Shown: piece by piece, positions 1-9,625 of the stretch | Layout of the letters: each line of letters opens with the position of its first letter | How positions within the stretch are numbered: the stretch's first letter is position 1 | Assembly: GCA_044360745.1 (NCBI GenBank) | Contig: JBIKJU010000002.1 | Location: forward strand, 1-47,369 | From: Chitinophagales bacterium | Lineage (GTDB): Bacteria; Bacteroidota; Bacteroidia; Chitinophagales; LD1 | Direction of reading: 5' to 3' | Length of the DNA stretch: 47,369 nucleotides | The notes under the pieces: model-generated | What the model saw: the letters and a program-made list of their open reading frames with translations, nothing else | The model's database searches: none | Told to the model about the DNA's origin: nothing | Program-made: the position numbers and the translations under genes

Positions 1-3000
1 GCTGAAGAGGTTAAGCTTAATTGTGGTTGAGGTATCCCAGCAAGACTATAATTAACGAGGTAAGTAACCGAATTTTGTAATCCTGAAATTACGATAGATC
101 CATTATTTACAATACAAGATGTTGGATTGTTTCCAACAGTAGTGGTAATATTGATCGAAACGACATTAATTGTTCTATCACTTGTTGCTGGAATACAAGG
201 TCCAGTAGGATCATTCGTTGTCAACCTAAGCAATACAGGTCCTGTATAGTTTGCGGCGGGGGTATAAGTGACTGTACTTGGAGTAGCTGTTTGGGCAGTA
301 GAACTTAGCGTTCCTCCTCCCGAAATTATAGACCAAGCTGCAGTTATTGCTGAACCACCAATGGTAGCACCAGTTAATGGAGCTGGAGAAGGAATAGCAC
401 CTGCACAAAGCGTAAAAGTGCTTCCTGCATTTACAGTAGGCGATTCGAAAATAGAGATATCTACGGTGTCAGAAGTAAAACATGCTACATTAGAAATGCG
501 CCATACTAAACGATATGTGCCTGTAATAAAACCTGTGGCAGATGAAATAGGAGAGTTTGGATTTATAAATGTTATCGTAGATGGACCGGAAAATTGAGAC
601 CAAGTGCCTGTATTTCCAGCAGAGGCTGTATTTCCAGCCATAGTCGTTGAAGTTGCTCCACAAAGATTTTGATTTGGACCTGATGTGGCATTATTTGCGT
701 TATTAATAATGGTGACATCAATATCATCTTGAGAAGAAATACAGTTAGGGCTTGATATTGTCCATCTAAACCTATAAACTCCCGTTGTATAACCTGCTAT
801 TTGTGTAGAAGTGCTACTTGGCGAAACTATAAAAGGTGTAGTAGGTCCAGAGATAAACGACCACAAACCTGTGGTGCCAGAAACTGGTGCATTAGCCGTA
901 AGCGACAAAGGACTAAAAACGCAATTTGTAAAATCAAGACCTGCATTAGCAGAATTCGGTAATACAGAGTTAAAAATAACTACTGTATCTATAGAGTTAC
1001 AGCTTCCATTAGAGTTGGTTATTGTCCAAACTATAGTAGTTGGTGTACCTGGAACCAAACCAGTAATGCCAGAGTTATTTGAAGATGGATTTGTCAACAC
1101 ACCTGAGCCAGAAATGATTGACCAAAGACCTGTTCCGACTATTGGATTATTTCCCGATAAAAGTGAAGAGTTTGCATTGCAAAGATTTTGATCTGAGCCT
1201 GCGTTAGCCAAAGATGGCGATGAAGACGTTACATTTAACAGAACTGTATCTATAGATTGAGGGCAGCTGCCACTCGTAATAACCCATCTAAACATGTATG
1301 AACCAACCGATGTCAAGCCAGTTACTGGAGAGACTTGGTTGTTTATAGAAGCTATTGTAGGTAATGAAGGGCCTGATAAGAACTGCCAAGCTCCTATACC
1401 TGTAGTTGGTGCATTTCCTACTAGGGTTGCTGTACCAAAACAAACCGTTTGATCAGCACCTGCATTGGCTGGAGATGGTATAGCGAAGTTTTCAACACGA
1501 ACTACATCCGTACTACTACAAGCTCCATTTACCAAACGATACTCAAAAATATAGAGCCCTGGAGCTGTTCCAGTAAAGGTAACATTCTGAGAATTAGGGC
1601 TTGGTAAGAATGATCCAATTGAAGGCCCGCTTACTCTTGTCCAGGTAGGAGTACAAGTTCCAATCGCACTGCCATTAAGTGAAAAGTTTGGTGTACCACA
1701 GAGACTCTGATCCATCCCAGCATTCGCAATTGCACAAAGCACATTACTCTCAATGGTAACATTGCTAGTAGATGAAGGACATCCAAACGAAGCAGGTATA
1801 GTATATGAGTAGACATAAGTTCCGTTTATAAAAGGTGCAATCGAAACAGTATAGGAATTTACACTTGTTATAACTGGTACGTTTGGTCCTGAAACTCTTG
1901 CCGAGGTACCAGAACTTCCAATATTTCCAGTGAGAAGCGAAGTGTTACTATTACAGATTGTTTGATTGGGTCCTGCATTCGCTGGTGGTGAAACATTAAC
2001 GGTAACTTGACTAAACGAATCAGGGCAAAAAGCACCTAACGGCAGGTTTGCTCTGGCGGTCCATCTAAATACATAGGTGCCAAATGTCAATCCAGTAACT
2101 GGGGAGGTAGGAGAATTTGGCGCAACAATGGTAGGGCTATTTGGACCTGAGACCGATGTCCAAGTACCTGTACCATTTACAATAACATTTCCTGCAAGAA
2201 TGGTAGATGTACTACCACAAACTGTGAAATTACTACCTGCATTAGGAGCAGAAGGAGGAGTAGATACAGAAATTACGACATCATCAAAAGTTGTACCGCA
2301 AGCACCATTTGTAACTGTCCATCGTAAAGTATAACTTCCATTTGCCAGGTTTGATACTACAGAAGTAGGGCTTGTAGCATTTGAAAAAGATACGCCTGTA
2401 GTGCCTGATATTTGCTCCCATTGCCCAGTGCCGAATAGTGGGGTAGTAGCTGTGAGGGAAGTACTATTACCACATACTGTTTGATCAACGCCTGCATTAG
2501 CCGTTGCAGCACCTGCAATGGTTATTAAAACGGTGTCAGTAGTAGCATTTCCACAACCAGACGTATCAATCGTCCAAACAAAGAAATAATTTCCATTTAC
2601 CATTCCTGTTACTGTTGTATTTCTTAGTAAGGGATTGGTTATAGTAGGCGAATTAGGACCTGAAGCTAAAGTCCAAGTTCCAGTACCACTTGCAGGATTA
2701 TTTCCATTGAGCGTTACAGAAGTTGTACCAGCAGGTCTACACTGATCAGCACCAGCATTAGATGCGCTCGGTCCACTTGACGCAGTGGTTGTGATTGTTA
2801 CATTAGAGGTTGAATTTGCAGGACAAGAATTGCTGATCGTCCATGTAAAAGTATAAACTGTGCTCGGTAATAGTCCAGTAACAGTAGCTCCAGGTGCATT
2901 TGCATTGGGACTGTACGTAATTCCAGTGTTAGGTACCACATTCCAGGTGCCAATTTCACCAGGCCTAATTGGATTATTTCCACCTAAAACAATTGGTGAG

Positions 3001-4808
3001 TTTGCACATACGGTTCTGTTCACGCCAGCATTTGCAACGGTAGTGGTAGGAGATAAAATAGTAACTAAAACGTCATCAAATATACTTGGACAAGTTGGAC
3101 CATTTGTGCTTGTATATCTAAAACGATAAATACCTGAAACTAAACCTGTAACGTCTGCTATATTTAACGTCTGTACAATTGTTGGTGTATTGGGCCCATT
3201 GATAAAAGACCATACAACGGAGCTTGATGGAGGGATATTTCCAATAATCTGAGTAGTGGCTATTCCACAATTTAGTACTTGATCGGTTCCTCCGTTTACT
3301 CCACCAGCCGTTCTAGAGACAGTGATACTCACAAAGTCAGAAATCCCTAGACCACAGCCTGTGGCATTGGTATTGATTACTTCTACCACATAAGTTCCAG
3401 AAAGCACCAAACCAGATACCGTAAAAATTCCACTAGGTACACCTCCTGCAGATTGCAGGCTAGAAGGATAAGGGCCAGAGCCAGGTCCACTAACGAGTCT
3501 CCAAACTACCCCACTTCCTCCGCCAGTGGCTGTATACGAAACTGAGGTAGATGTCGCATTACAAGCTAAAACTTGGTCAGCACCTGCGTTTACTGTTCCT
3601 GTAGCTGGTGATATTAAATTGACAAAAAACCCACCATTAGAAGAGCTACACCCTGGAGCTCCCAAAGGGTTCGTTATAGTCCATGTAAATGTATAGTTGT
3701 TTCCAGTAACAAGACCAGTAATATTTGTACTTGGATTATTTGGCGTCGCTATTGTAACTGCTGGCCCACCCGTCTGCGTCCAAACACCTACTTCACCAGC
3801 AAATAATGGTGTAACTCCTGTAAGTATTGTTGATGTTCTACCATCACAAAAAGCTCCAGATCCAGCGCCTCCTGCATTTGCATTGGTGACTGATTGTGTT
3901 GGAGCTGGAACAATTATCGCCACCTCGTCAGTACCATTTACGCAAGGCCCCGAAACAGAATATCTAAATACATAAGTACCTTGAACTAAGCCAGAAATTG
4001 GGGTAGATGGGCTATTAACATTACTGATACTAGGGACAGATGGTCCAGAAACAAATGACCAAACCCCAGCTTGGCCACCAAAGCCTGTTCCGCCATTTGA
4101 GGCAGTGATAGTGGTGGATTGTGTGGAGGTGTAGCAGTTACTTAGCGTCTGATCGGCTCCTGCATTTACAGGCGAAACACCTCCATAATTTGTAACAGTC
4201 ATATCCTGAGATGTGCTGCATCCAGATACTGAATTTGTGATCGTCCATCTCAAAACACTGACGCCAGAACTTGCGCTGCTCAGTGTTATGGGAGAATTTC
4301 GGTTTGAAGGGTTTGAAATTGAAACCCCACCAGCGTTAGACACTATTGACCAGGCACCTACTTCACCTGCTACAGGAGCGTTAGCTGAAAGCAAAAACAG
4401 CGAAGATGGACATCCCTGAAGGTTAGCGCCAACAGTAGCTTGTGTAATAGGCTGAACTGTAATATTTACAACATCCTGTGCTGTAACTCCATCTGTACAT
4501 CTTTGAGAAAGCAAAAATGTGTAAAATCCAGACACTAGGCCTGTAACCGTTGTTGTGAATGCATTTGGGTTGCTAATAATAGCTGATGGACCAGATACTT
4601 GTGTCCATCTTGGTAAAGTTAGCGGAGAAAAATTACCAGAGCGAAAACCAACCAACGTTAATGTCTGATTTTGGCAAATGGTTTGATCTATATTTGCATT
4701 TACAGAACAGTCTTGCGCAACAGCACTAAAGCTACTAAACATTGCTATTAGCAATGCAGTAACTGAAAGGACTCTAGAAATTTTAGATGGAATTGTAAAA
4801 GATTTCAT
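1..4808 (-). CDS. Giant secreted tandem-module (Ig/PKD-like) surface protein, N-terminal ~1,600 aa only; the gene runs off the left edge
   Basis: Not in the supplied ORF track because there is no stop inside the window. The reverse complement of 4806..4808 is ATG. Hand translation gives MKSFTIPSKISRVLSVTALLIAMFSSFSAVAQDCSVNANIDQTICQNQ... (signal peptide). The frame (codons at + positions 3n..3n+2) stayed open down to position 3 in my translation. About 17 tandem ~90-aa modules follow. Confidence 0.8.
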   Translation of the reverse strand, partial: MKSFTIPSKISRVLSVTALLIAMFSSFSAVAQDCSVNANIDQTICQNQTLTLVGFRSGNFSPLTLPRWTQVSGPSAIISNPNAFTTTVTGLVSGFYTFLLSQRCTDGVTAQDVVNITVQPITQATVGANLQGCPSSLFLLSANAPVAGEVGAWSIVSNAGGVSISNPSNRNSPITLSSASSGVSVLRWTITNSVSGCSTSQDMTVTNYGGVSPVNAGADQTLSNCYTSTQSTTITASNGGTGFGGQAGVWSFVSGPSVPSISNVNSPSTPISGLVQGTYVFRYSVSGPCVNGTDEVAIIVPAPTQSVTNANAGGAGSGAFCDGRTSTILTGVTPLFAGEVGVWTQTGGPAVTIATPNNPSTNITGLVTGNNYTFTWTITNPLGAPGCSSSNGGFFVNLISPATGTVNAGADQVLACNATSTSVSYTATGGGSGVVWRLVSGPGSGPYPSSLQSAGGVPSGIFTVSGLVLSGTYVVEVINTNATGCGLGISDFVSITVSRTAGGVNGGTDQVLNCGIATTQIIGNIPPSSSVVWSFINGPNTPTIVQTLNIADVTGLVSGIYRFRYTSTNGPTCPSIFDDVLVTILSPTTTVANAGVNRTVCANSPIVLGGNNPIRPGEIGTWNVVPNTGITYSPNANAPGATVTGLLPSTVYTFTWTISNSCPANSTSNVTITTTASSGPSASNAGADQCRPAGTTSVTLNGNNPASGTGTWTLASGPNSPTITNPLLRNTTVTGMVNGNYFFVWTIDTSGCGNATTDTVLITIAGAATANAGVDQTVCGNSTSLTATTPLFGTGQWEQISGTTGVSFSNATSPTSVVSNLANGSYTLRWTVTNGACGTTFDDVVISVSTPPSAPNAGSNFTVCGSTSTILAGNVIVNGTGTWTSVSGPNSPTIVAPNSPTSPVTGLTFGTYVFRWTARANLPLGAFCPDSFSQVTVNVSPPANAGPNQTICNSNTSLLTGNIGSSGTSARVSGPNVPVITSVNSYTVSIAPFINGTYVYSYTIPASFGCPSSTSNVTIESNVLCAIANAGMDQSLCGTPNFSLNGSAIGTCTPTWTRVSGPSIGSFLPSPNSQNVTFTGTAPGLYIFEYRLVNGACSSTDVVRVENFAIPSPANAGADQTVCFGTATLVGNAPTTGIGAWQFLSGPSLPTIASINNQVSPVTGLTSVGSYMFRWVITSGSCPQSIDTVLLNVTSSSPSLANAGSDQNLCNANSSLLSGNNPIVGTGLWSIISGSGVLTNPSSNNSGITGLVPGTPTTIVWTITNSNGSCNSIDTVVIFNSVLPNSANAGLDFTNCVFSPLSLTANAPVSGTTGLWSFISGPTTPFIVSPSSTSTQIAGYTTGVYRFRWTISSPNCISSQDDIDVTIINNANNATSGPNQNLCGATSTTMAGNTASAGNTGTWSQFSGPSTITFINPNSPISSATGFITGTYRLVWRISNVACFTSDTVDISIFESPTVNAGSTFTLCAGAIPSPAPLTGATIGGSAITAAWSIISGGGTLSSTAQTATPSTVTYTPAANYTGPVLLRLTTNDPTGPCIPATSDRTINVVSINITTTVGNNPTSCIVNNGSIVISGLQNSVTYLVNYSLAGIPQPQLSLTSS
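3..4700 (-). repeat. Tandem array of ~17 diverged ~270-nt coding modules inside the left-edge gene
   Basis: Recurring protein pattern NAG-x-DQ-x-x-C ... G-x-W ... SGP ... P-x-T-x-VTGL-x-x-G-x-Y-x-F-x-W-T ... C ... D-x-V-x-I-x-V. Examples: VNAGADQTLSNC, ANAGVDQTVC, ANAGMDQSLC, ANAGSDQNLC. Module boundaries are approximate. Confidence 0.7.
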
Positions 4809-4861
4809 ATATGAAATTGATTTGAAGAGATTTACTTAAATTGTAGAACTTATGGGATGTA

Positions 4862-5203
4862 TTAATTTTTGACAATTACTTGGATTTTATCTACTGCTAG
4901 GATGTCATCCTCACACCTTGCATTTAAAAAGAGTGTGTAGATACCAGGCAATAAAAACGTAACCTTAGATACGGGAGATTGAATATTTTCAAAAACAATT
5001 GAAGAGGGAAATGCAGCGTCACTTTCCCAATATACAGTGCTTAATTTGGCGTTTTTTGAGATAGCACCAGTCAAAACACTTTCAGTTTTGGTATCAGTTT
5101 CAAAACTAACTCCAGCATTCACAGAACAGCTTTGAGCTGACAAAAAATTGGTGCTAATTAAAAATATAAAAAAAATAATTGTGGGTATAAATTTCTTGTT
5201 CAT
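4862..5203 (-). CDS. Small secreted protein made of a signal peptide plus a single module related to the repeats of the downstream giant gene
   Basis: 113-aa ORF. Signal peptide MNKKFIPTIIFFIFLISTNFLSAQ, then SCSVNAG..., which aligns by eye with module 1 of the neighbouring gene (AQDCSVNAN...) at the conserved W, G-x-Y-x-F/L, C-x-D and V-x-V positions. Confidence 0.6.
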   Translation of the reverse strand: MNKKFIPTIIFFIFLISTNFLSAQSCSVNAGVSFETDTKTESVLTGAISKNAKLSTVYWESDAAFPSSIVFENIQSPVSKVTFLLPGIYTLFLNARCEDDILAVDKIQVIVKN

Positions 5204-5764
5204 TGTTGGTATTTAGTTAAAATAATAGTCAGATAATATTAATTATGTAAGATTTAAAGTTATATTCAAATTTGGTACTTGATTGAAGGTCTCATTGTTT
5301 TTCCCACGGTTGCAACCCAACATCACAGAGAGATAAGTAGTTACAGTTTGGAAAAGTTTTTTGAAAAGAGAAAACCCTGTAACATTCATAAATTCATTCA
5401 GCTCAAAATAAAAATTAAAGCTGCTAAATGGCTTAGACTTGTTAGATTTTATTATTAAATCAGTAAAATTGGCTATTGGGACAGCAGACAACAACAAAAA
5501 ATGGCTCAATTGAGTATTTTTAGGGTTTTTTATATTGTAAATTTGCTGCATTTAGTAAATTTTTATGTTTTTTTGTTTTTCAATATAGTGTCCAAACGCC
5601 CATTTGACAATGTTTTGAATAAAATAAAGTGACAAAAATGTCAAATAGACTTTTTAAAGAACAGTAAATTTAGCTTATTAAAGGAGACAACCAAAAAATA
5701 ATGTGAATAAAGTGTTAATAATCGAATGATTCGTAATGTATTTTTTTAGGACAGGTTCTTGTTA

Positions 5765-5869
5765 GTCACTCCGAGGGAGTCTTCGACCGAGAAGTCTCAA
5801 GCACTATCCATCGCTGAGATTTCTCACCCTCTCCTTAGCCACTCCAGTTCGAAATGACGGAAAGGGTGG
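5765..5869. repeat. Structured GC-richer intergenic element (REP/MITE-like nested imperfect inverted repeats) just downstream of gatA
   Basis: GTCACTCCGAG...TTCGAAATGAC terminal imperfect inverted repeat. Inner hairpin GAGTCTTC-gaccga-GAAGTCTC. CACCCTCTCC (about 5825..5834) pairs 9/10 with GGAAAGGGTG (5859..5868). Stands out against AT-rich flanks. From memory it resembles GAGATTTCTC/CGAAATGAC-type intergenic repeats of Bacteroidota. Confidence 0.4.
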
Positions 5870-5888
5870 AAATAAAAAATAAAATTGA

Positions 5889-7334
5889 TTAATAGCCTAA
5901 CTCCTTGCAGAAGGCTAAAAGCTTGGCTTCCTCAAATTTTCCAGCTATTAATTGAACCCCTATGGGAAGACCATTAGGGTCATTTGCTACAGGAATAGAA
6001 ATAGCGGGAGCGCCCACCAAATTTGCTAAAACAGTATAAATATCTGCCAAATACATTGCTAATGGGTCGTCTGATTTTTCCCCAATTTTGAAAGCCACAG
6101 ATGGAGCAGTAGGCATACAAATAAAATCATATGACTTGAGGATTTCAAGAATTTGATTAGTGAGCATTCGCCTTACTTTTTGAGCTCTTGTATAATACGC
6201 ATCATAATAACCAGAACTAAGTACAAAAGTGCCTAAAATAATTCTATTTTTCACTTCTTTTCCAAAACCCTCACTTCTGGATTTTTTGTATACACTATCC
6301 ATATCTGTTGCGTTTGGCGACCGATAACCGTAGTGTACACCACCATATCTAGAGAGATTAGATGATGCTTCTGCTGTGGAGAGAACATAGTATGTGGCAA
6401 TGAGATAATCAATAAGTTCAAAATTGACCTCCTCTACTTCGTATCCTTTATCTTTTAGTGATTGTAAAAAAGATGTAGTAGCGTCTTTCACGTCTTTGTC
6501 TAAACCTTTATGGTCTATAGTGCGATGAAGAACAGCTACACGTGCTTTTCGCTGAAAATTAGTTTGACTATAGAATTCTACTGGTCGCTTTACAGCTGTG
6601 CTGTCAAACTCATCTGTGCCAGCAATAACCTCCATTATGAGTGCGGCATCAGCAATGTTGGTTGTAAATGGCCCTATCTGATCAAATGACGAAGCATAGG
6701 CTATAAGTCCATGACGAGAGACCCTGCCATAGGTAGGTTTTAGTCCCACCAAACCACAAAAAGAAGCTGGCTGACGAATAGAGCCACCTGTGTCACTACC
6801 GAGGCTTGCATGACATAGCCCTGCTTGCACTGCTACCGCTGATCCTCCTGATGATCCTCCTGGTACGCGGGTCACATCAATAGCGTTTTTTACTGCACCA
6901 TAGGCGGAGTTTTCGTTACTAGATCCCATTGCAAACTCATCGCAGTTTAGTCGCCCGATGATAATAGCATCTTCTGCTAATAATCGCTCTACTACAGTAG
7001 CTGAAAAAACAGACTCAAAGCCTTCCAGAATACGTGAAGCTGCAGAAACTTTATGTTCTTTGTAGCAGATATTGTCTTTGATGCCAATTACTAAACCGTG
7101 GAGTTTGCCCAGTGGTAGCCCTTCCGCTTTTTTTTGATCAAGGTTGTTCGCTTGGCTTAAAGCTTCAATTTCAAAAACCTCTAAAAAGGCATTTAGATGT
7201 TTGTTGGTATTTATTTTCTCAAGATAGTTTTGAACGATAGTAGAAAACGACTTTTTGCCTTGCTCTATGTCATTTTGGATATCTACAATAGTATAATGCT
7301 CTGCCACAAGTATGGGGATAGTTTTGATTAACAA
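5889..7334 (-). CDS. gatA: Glutamyl-tRNA(Gln)/aspartyl-tRNA(Asn) amidotransferase subunit A
   Basis: 481-aa ORF with the amidase signature GGSSGGSAVAV...GSDTGGSIRQPA. The track start is TTG (7334). An in-frame GTG 9 codons downstream is an alternative start. Confidence 0.93.
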   Translation of the reverse strand: MLIKTIPILVAEHYTIVDIQNDIEQGKKSFSTIVQNYLEKINTNKHLNAFLEVFEIEALSQANNLDQKKAEGLPLGKLHGLVIGIKDNICYKEHKVSAASRILEGFESVFSATVVERLLAEDAIIIGRLNCDEFAMGSSNENSAYGAVKNAIDVTRVPGGSSGGSAVAVQAGLCHASLGSDTGGSIRQPASFCGLVGLKPTYGRVSRHGLIAYASSFDQIGPFTTNIADAALIMEVIAGTDEFDSTAVKRPVEFYSQTNFQRKARVAVLHRTIDHKGLDKDVKDATTSFLQSLKDKGYEVEEVNFELIDYLIATYYVLSTAEASSNLSRYGGVHYGYRSPNATDMDSVYKKSRSEGFGKEVKNRIILGTFVLSSGYYDAYYTRAQKVRRMLTNQILEILKSYDFICMPTAPSVAFKIGEKSDDPLAMYLADIYTVLANLVGAPAISIPVANDPNGLPIGVQLIAGKFEEAKLLAFCKELGY

Positions 7335-7348
7335 TAAACAAAAAATAG

Positions 7349-7564
7349 TTAGGCTTCGTCTTCTTTCTTCTCTGTAGGCTGAACAGGGGTAGGCTTTTGG
7401 CGCATGCCCTCTTCTATTTCTTGCTTAATATTGGATTTTGCAGCGTTGAACTCACGCACACCTTGTCCTATACCGCGCATCAATTCTGGAATTTTTTTGC
7501 CACCAAATAGCAATAAAACAACTATAAGAATGATGATAATTTCTGGAGTGCCTAAACCAAACAT
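7349..7564 (-). CDS. tatA: Twin-arginine translocase subunit TatA/E
   Basis: 71 aa. [39 protein letters not shown] is the canonical TatA transmembrane plus amphipathic helix. Confidence 0.9.
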   Translation of the reverse strand: MFGLGTPEIIIILIVVLLLFGGKKIPELMRGIGQGVREFNAAKSNIKQEIEEGMRQKPTPVQPTEKKEDEA

Positions 7565-7803
7565 AATTTTAATTTTAGTGCAATATTAAATAATAATATT
7601 CAGATTTAGGAAATCAAATGAATTCTATAAATGAGAAAAGGTATTTAATACAAGACTTATTCACTGAAAAGGCGTGTGCTGATTTTCCTATTAGTATGCG
7701 TTCTTTGCGACTTCGCGGTTTAATCTATACCTTATTCACTAATGATCTATAACATATGCAAAAAGAAAAAAGTCTTAGTATTTTAAAGTCGCATTAGTAT
7801 TGC

Positions 7804-7811
7804 TAATTTTG
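7804..7811 (+). promoter_or_regulatory. Candidate Bacteroidota sigma-A -7 box (TAATTTTG) for serS
   Basis: Matches TAnnTTTG and ends 20 nt upstream of the serS ATG. No convincing -33 TTTG. A short motif in AT-rich DNA. Confidence 0.3.
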
Positions 7812-7831
7812 CAGCACAATTTTTAAATACT

Positions 7832-9103
7832 ATGTTAGAGATACAGTTATTGAGAGCACGACCAGACTTTGTAAAAGAACGATTAACAGTCAAAAATTTT
7901 AATCAAATAGAATTGGTTGATGAAATATTGTCTATTGATGAAGAAAGACGGTCTATCCAACAACAACTTGATGATATTAGAAGTAAAGAAAATATTCTAT
8001 CAAAAGAGATTGGAACATTGATGAAATCTGGAAATAAAGAAGAAGCTGAATTAAAAAAAACAGAAACTTTTTCATTAAAAGATCAAAGCGAATCCCTCAA
8101 GATAAAGTTTCAAGAAGCAGAAAAAAAACAGTTTGATTTACTTGTGTTATTACCCAATTTACCGAATGAAAATGTGCCTGTAGGTAAAACAGCAGAGGAT
8201 AATACTGTAGTGAAGCAGCATGGCGAAATTCCAAAACTGCACGCTGGAGCTTTACCGCATTGGGAGTTGGCTAAAAAATATGATTTGTTTGATTTAGAAT
8301 TAGGAGTAAAAGTAACAGGGGCAGGATTTCCAATATACAAGGGAAAAGGTGCAAAACTTCAGAGAGCTTTAATTAGTTTCTTTCTTGATACTGCTATAAA
8401 TGCTGGATATTTAGAGGTGATCCCTCCGCACATGGTGAACGAAGCTTCTGCTTTTGCCACGGGTCAATTGCCAGACAAAGAAGGACAAATGTATCATGCC
8501 ACAGCAGATAATCTTTTTTTGATTCCAACTGCTGAAGTACCTTTAACAAACATAGTTAGAGATGAAATCATAGACCAACAATCCTTACCTGTAAAATTTA
8601 CAGCATATTCACCATGTTTTAGGCGAGAAGCAGGCTCTTATGGAAAAGACGTGAGAGGGCTTAATCGAGTTCATCAATTTGATAAAGTTGAAATTGTGCA
8701 GATTCAACATCCTGAAAAATCTTACCAAAGTTTACAGGAGATGTGTGACCATGTAGAGAAAATTTTAATAGACCTTGAGCTACCATATCGAATTCTTAGA
8801 TTATGTGGAGGCGATATGAGCTTTGCTTCTGCACTCACTTTTGATTTTGAGGTTTACAGTACAGCTCAAGAACGATGGCTAGAAGTAAGTTCTGTTTCTA
8901 ATTTTGAAACTTTTCAGACCAATAGGCTAAAAACAAGATATAGAGATGAAAACAAAAAAATTCAGCTATGTCATTCCTTAAACGGAAGCGCGCTGGCACT
9001 TCCAAGAATAGTAGCAAGCATATTAGAAAATCATCAAACAGAAAATGGGATTCGCATACCTAAAGCATTACAACCCTATTTTGGAAATGATATAATTGCT
9101 TAG
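7832..9103 (+). CDS. serS: Seryl-tRNA synthetase
   Basis: 423 aa with an N-terminal coiled-coil arm and a class II core (FRREAGSYGKDVRGLNRVHQFDKVE, GSALALPR). Confidence 0.95.
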   Translation: MLEIQLLRARPDFVKERLTVKNFNQIELVDEILSIDEERRSIQQQLDDIRSKENILSKEIGTLMKSGNKEEAELKKTETFSLKDQSESLKIKFQEAEKKQFDLLVLLPNLPNENVPVGKTAEDNTVVKQHGEIPKLHAGALPHWELAKKYDLFDLELGVKVTGAGFPIYKGKGAKLQRALISFFLDTAINAGYLEVIPPHMVNEASAFATGQLPDKEGQMYHATADNLFLIPTAEVPLTNIVRDEIIDQQSLPVKFTAYSPCFRREAGSYGKDVRGLNRVHQFDKVEIVQIQHPEKSYQSLQEMCDHVEKILIDLELPYRILRLCGGDMSFASALTFDFEVYSTAQERWLEVSSVSNFETFQTNRLKTRYRDENKKIQLCHSLNGSALALPRIVASILENHQTENGIRIPKALQPYFGNDIIA

Positions 9104-9133
9104 TGTAGTATATTTGCGCTTAGCTAAACTAAC

Positions 9134-9625
9134 TTATAGTTGATTCTTCTTTTTAAGTAATGCTGCGAGTAAATTTCCAATTCGATAATCAATATCGTTA
9201 AAACCAAGCTTTAGCTTTGATTTATAAATAAAGCATATGGCGTATTGTTGATTTTGAGAATTTATGTTTTGATAAAAATCGTATTTCTTTAATCTATATG
9301 ATTCGCGCATCCTCCTTTTTAAAAGATTTCTATCTACCGCATTTTTATATATTTTTTTAGGAACAGAGAAAGTGACTTGGACTGGGAAATGAGTGTCGAG
9401 CGATTGTGATAAAAAAACAAGGGTAATGCCATCTTGATGTATGGCACTACCCTCGCTAAATAGATTATCAATTAATTTTTTGCTTTTTAATCGCTCTTTA
9501 CTACAAAAAGAATTGAAGGAGCTAATTTTATCAGCATCAAAAGTTTTACTTGAGACGCTTTTCGTCTGAGACTGTAAGTTTTTTGCGGCCTCTTGCCCTT
9601 CTTCTTTTGATGATTTTTTGTCCAT
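9134..9625 (-). CDS. rnpA: Ribonuclease P protein component, with an N-terminal Lys/Ser-rich extension that overlaps rpmH
   Basis: Core [15 protein letters not shown]...[13 protein letters not shown] (RNR-type motif). There is no ATG/GTG/TTG in frame between the rpmH stop and the conserved core. The only canonical start is therefore ATG 9623..9625, inside rpmH. Confidence 0.75.
   Translation of the reverse strand: MDKKSSKEEGQEAAKNLQSQTKSVSSKTFDADKISSFNSFCSKERLKSKKLIDNLFSEGSAIHQDGITLVFLSQSLDTHFPVQVTFSVPKKIYKNAVDRNLLKRRMRESYRLKKYDFYQNINSQNQQYAICFIYKSKLKLGFNDIDYRIGNLLAALLKKKNQL

Noticed and set aside
268-4419. Seven + strand track ORFs (268..597, 811..1191, 2077..2334, 2860..3129, 3697..3975, 4213..4419 and others), plus minus-strand ORFs in other frames (226..408, 1631..1816, 2798..2983)
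   Set aside because: All lie inside the single long minus-strand frame 1..4808, which has a signal peptide and a coherent repeat architecture. Their Pro/Val/Gly/Thr-rich translations look like antisense or off-frame shadows of N/T/S/G/V-rich codons.
5243-5551. 102-aa minus-strand ORF in the spacer upstream of the adhesin locus
   Set aside because: AT-rich, with low-complexity Asn/Lys/Phe/Leu composition. It has no recognisable motif, signal peptide or transmembrane pattern. It could be real, but I cannot support it from sequence alone.
5630-5643. TGACAAAAATGTCA palindrome, with an extra TTTGACA at 5603..5609, upstream of the adhesin locus
   Set aside because: Only 5-bp arms in AT-rich DNA, which is expected by chance several times in this amount of intergenic sequence. 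No known operator consensus that I can name matches it.
7690-7725. GCGTTCTTTGCGACTTCGCGGTTTAATC segment upstream of serS, resembling the CGCAAAG-type dispersed repeats of some Flavobacteriia
   Set aside because: There is a single short copy in this window and the resemblance rests only on memory. I cannot establish repeat status without a genome-wide search.
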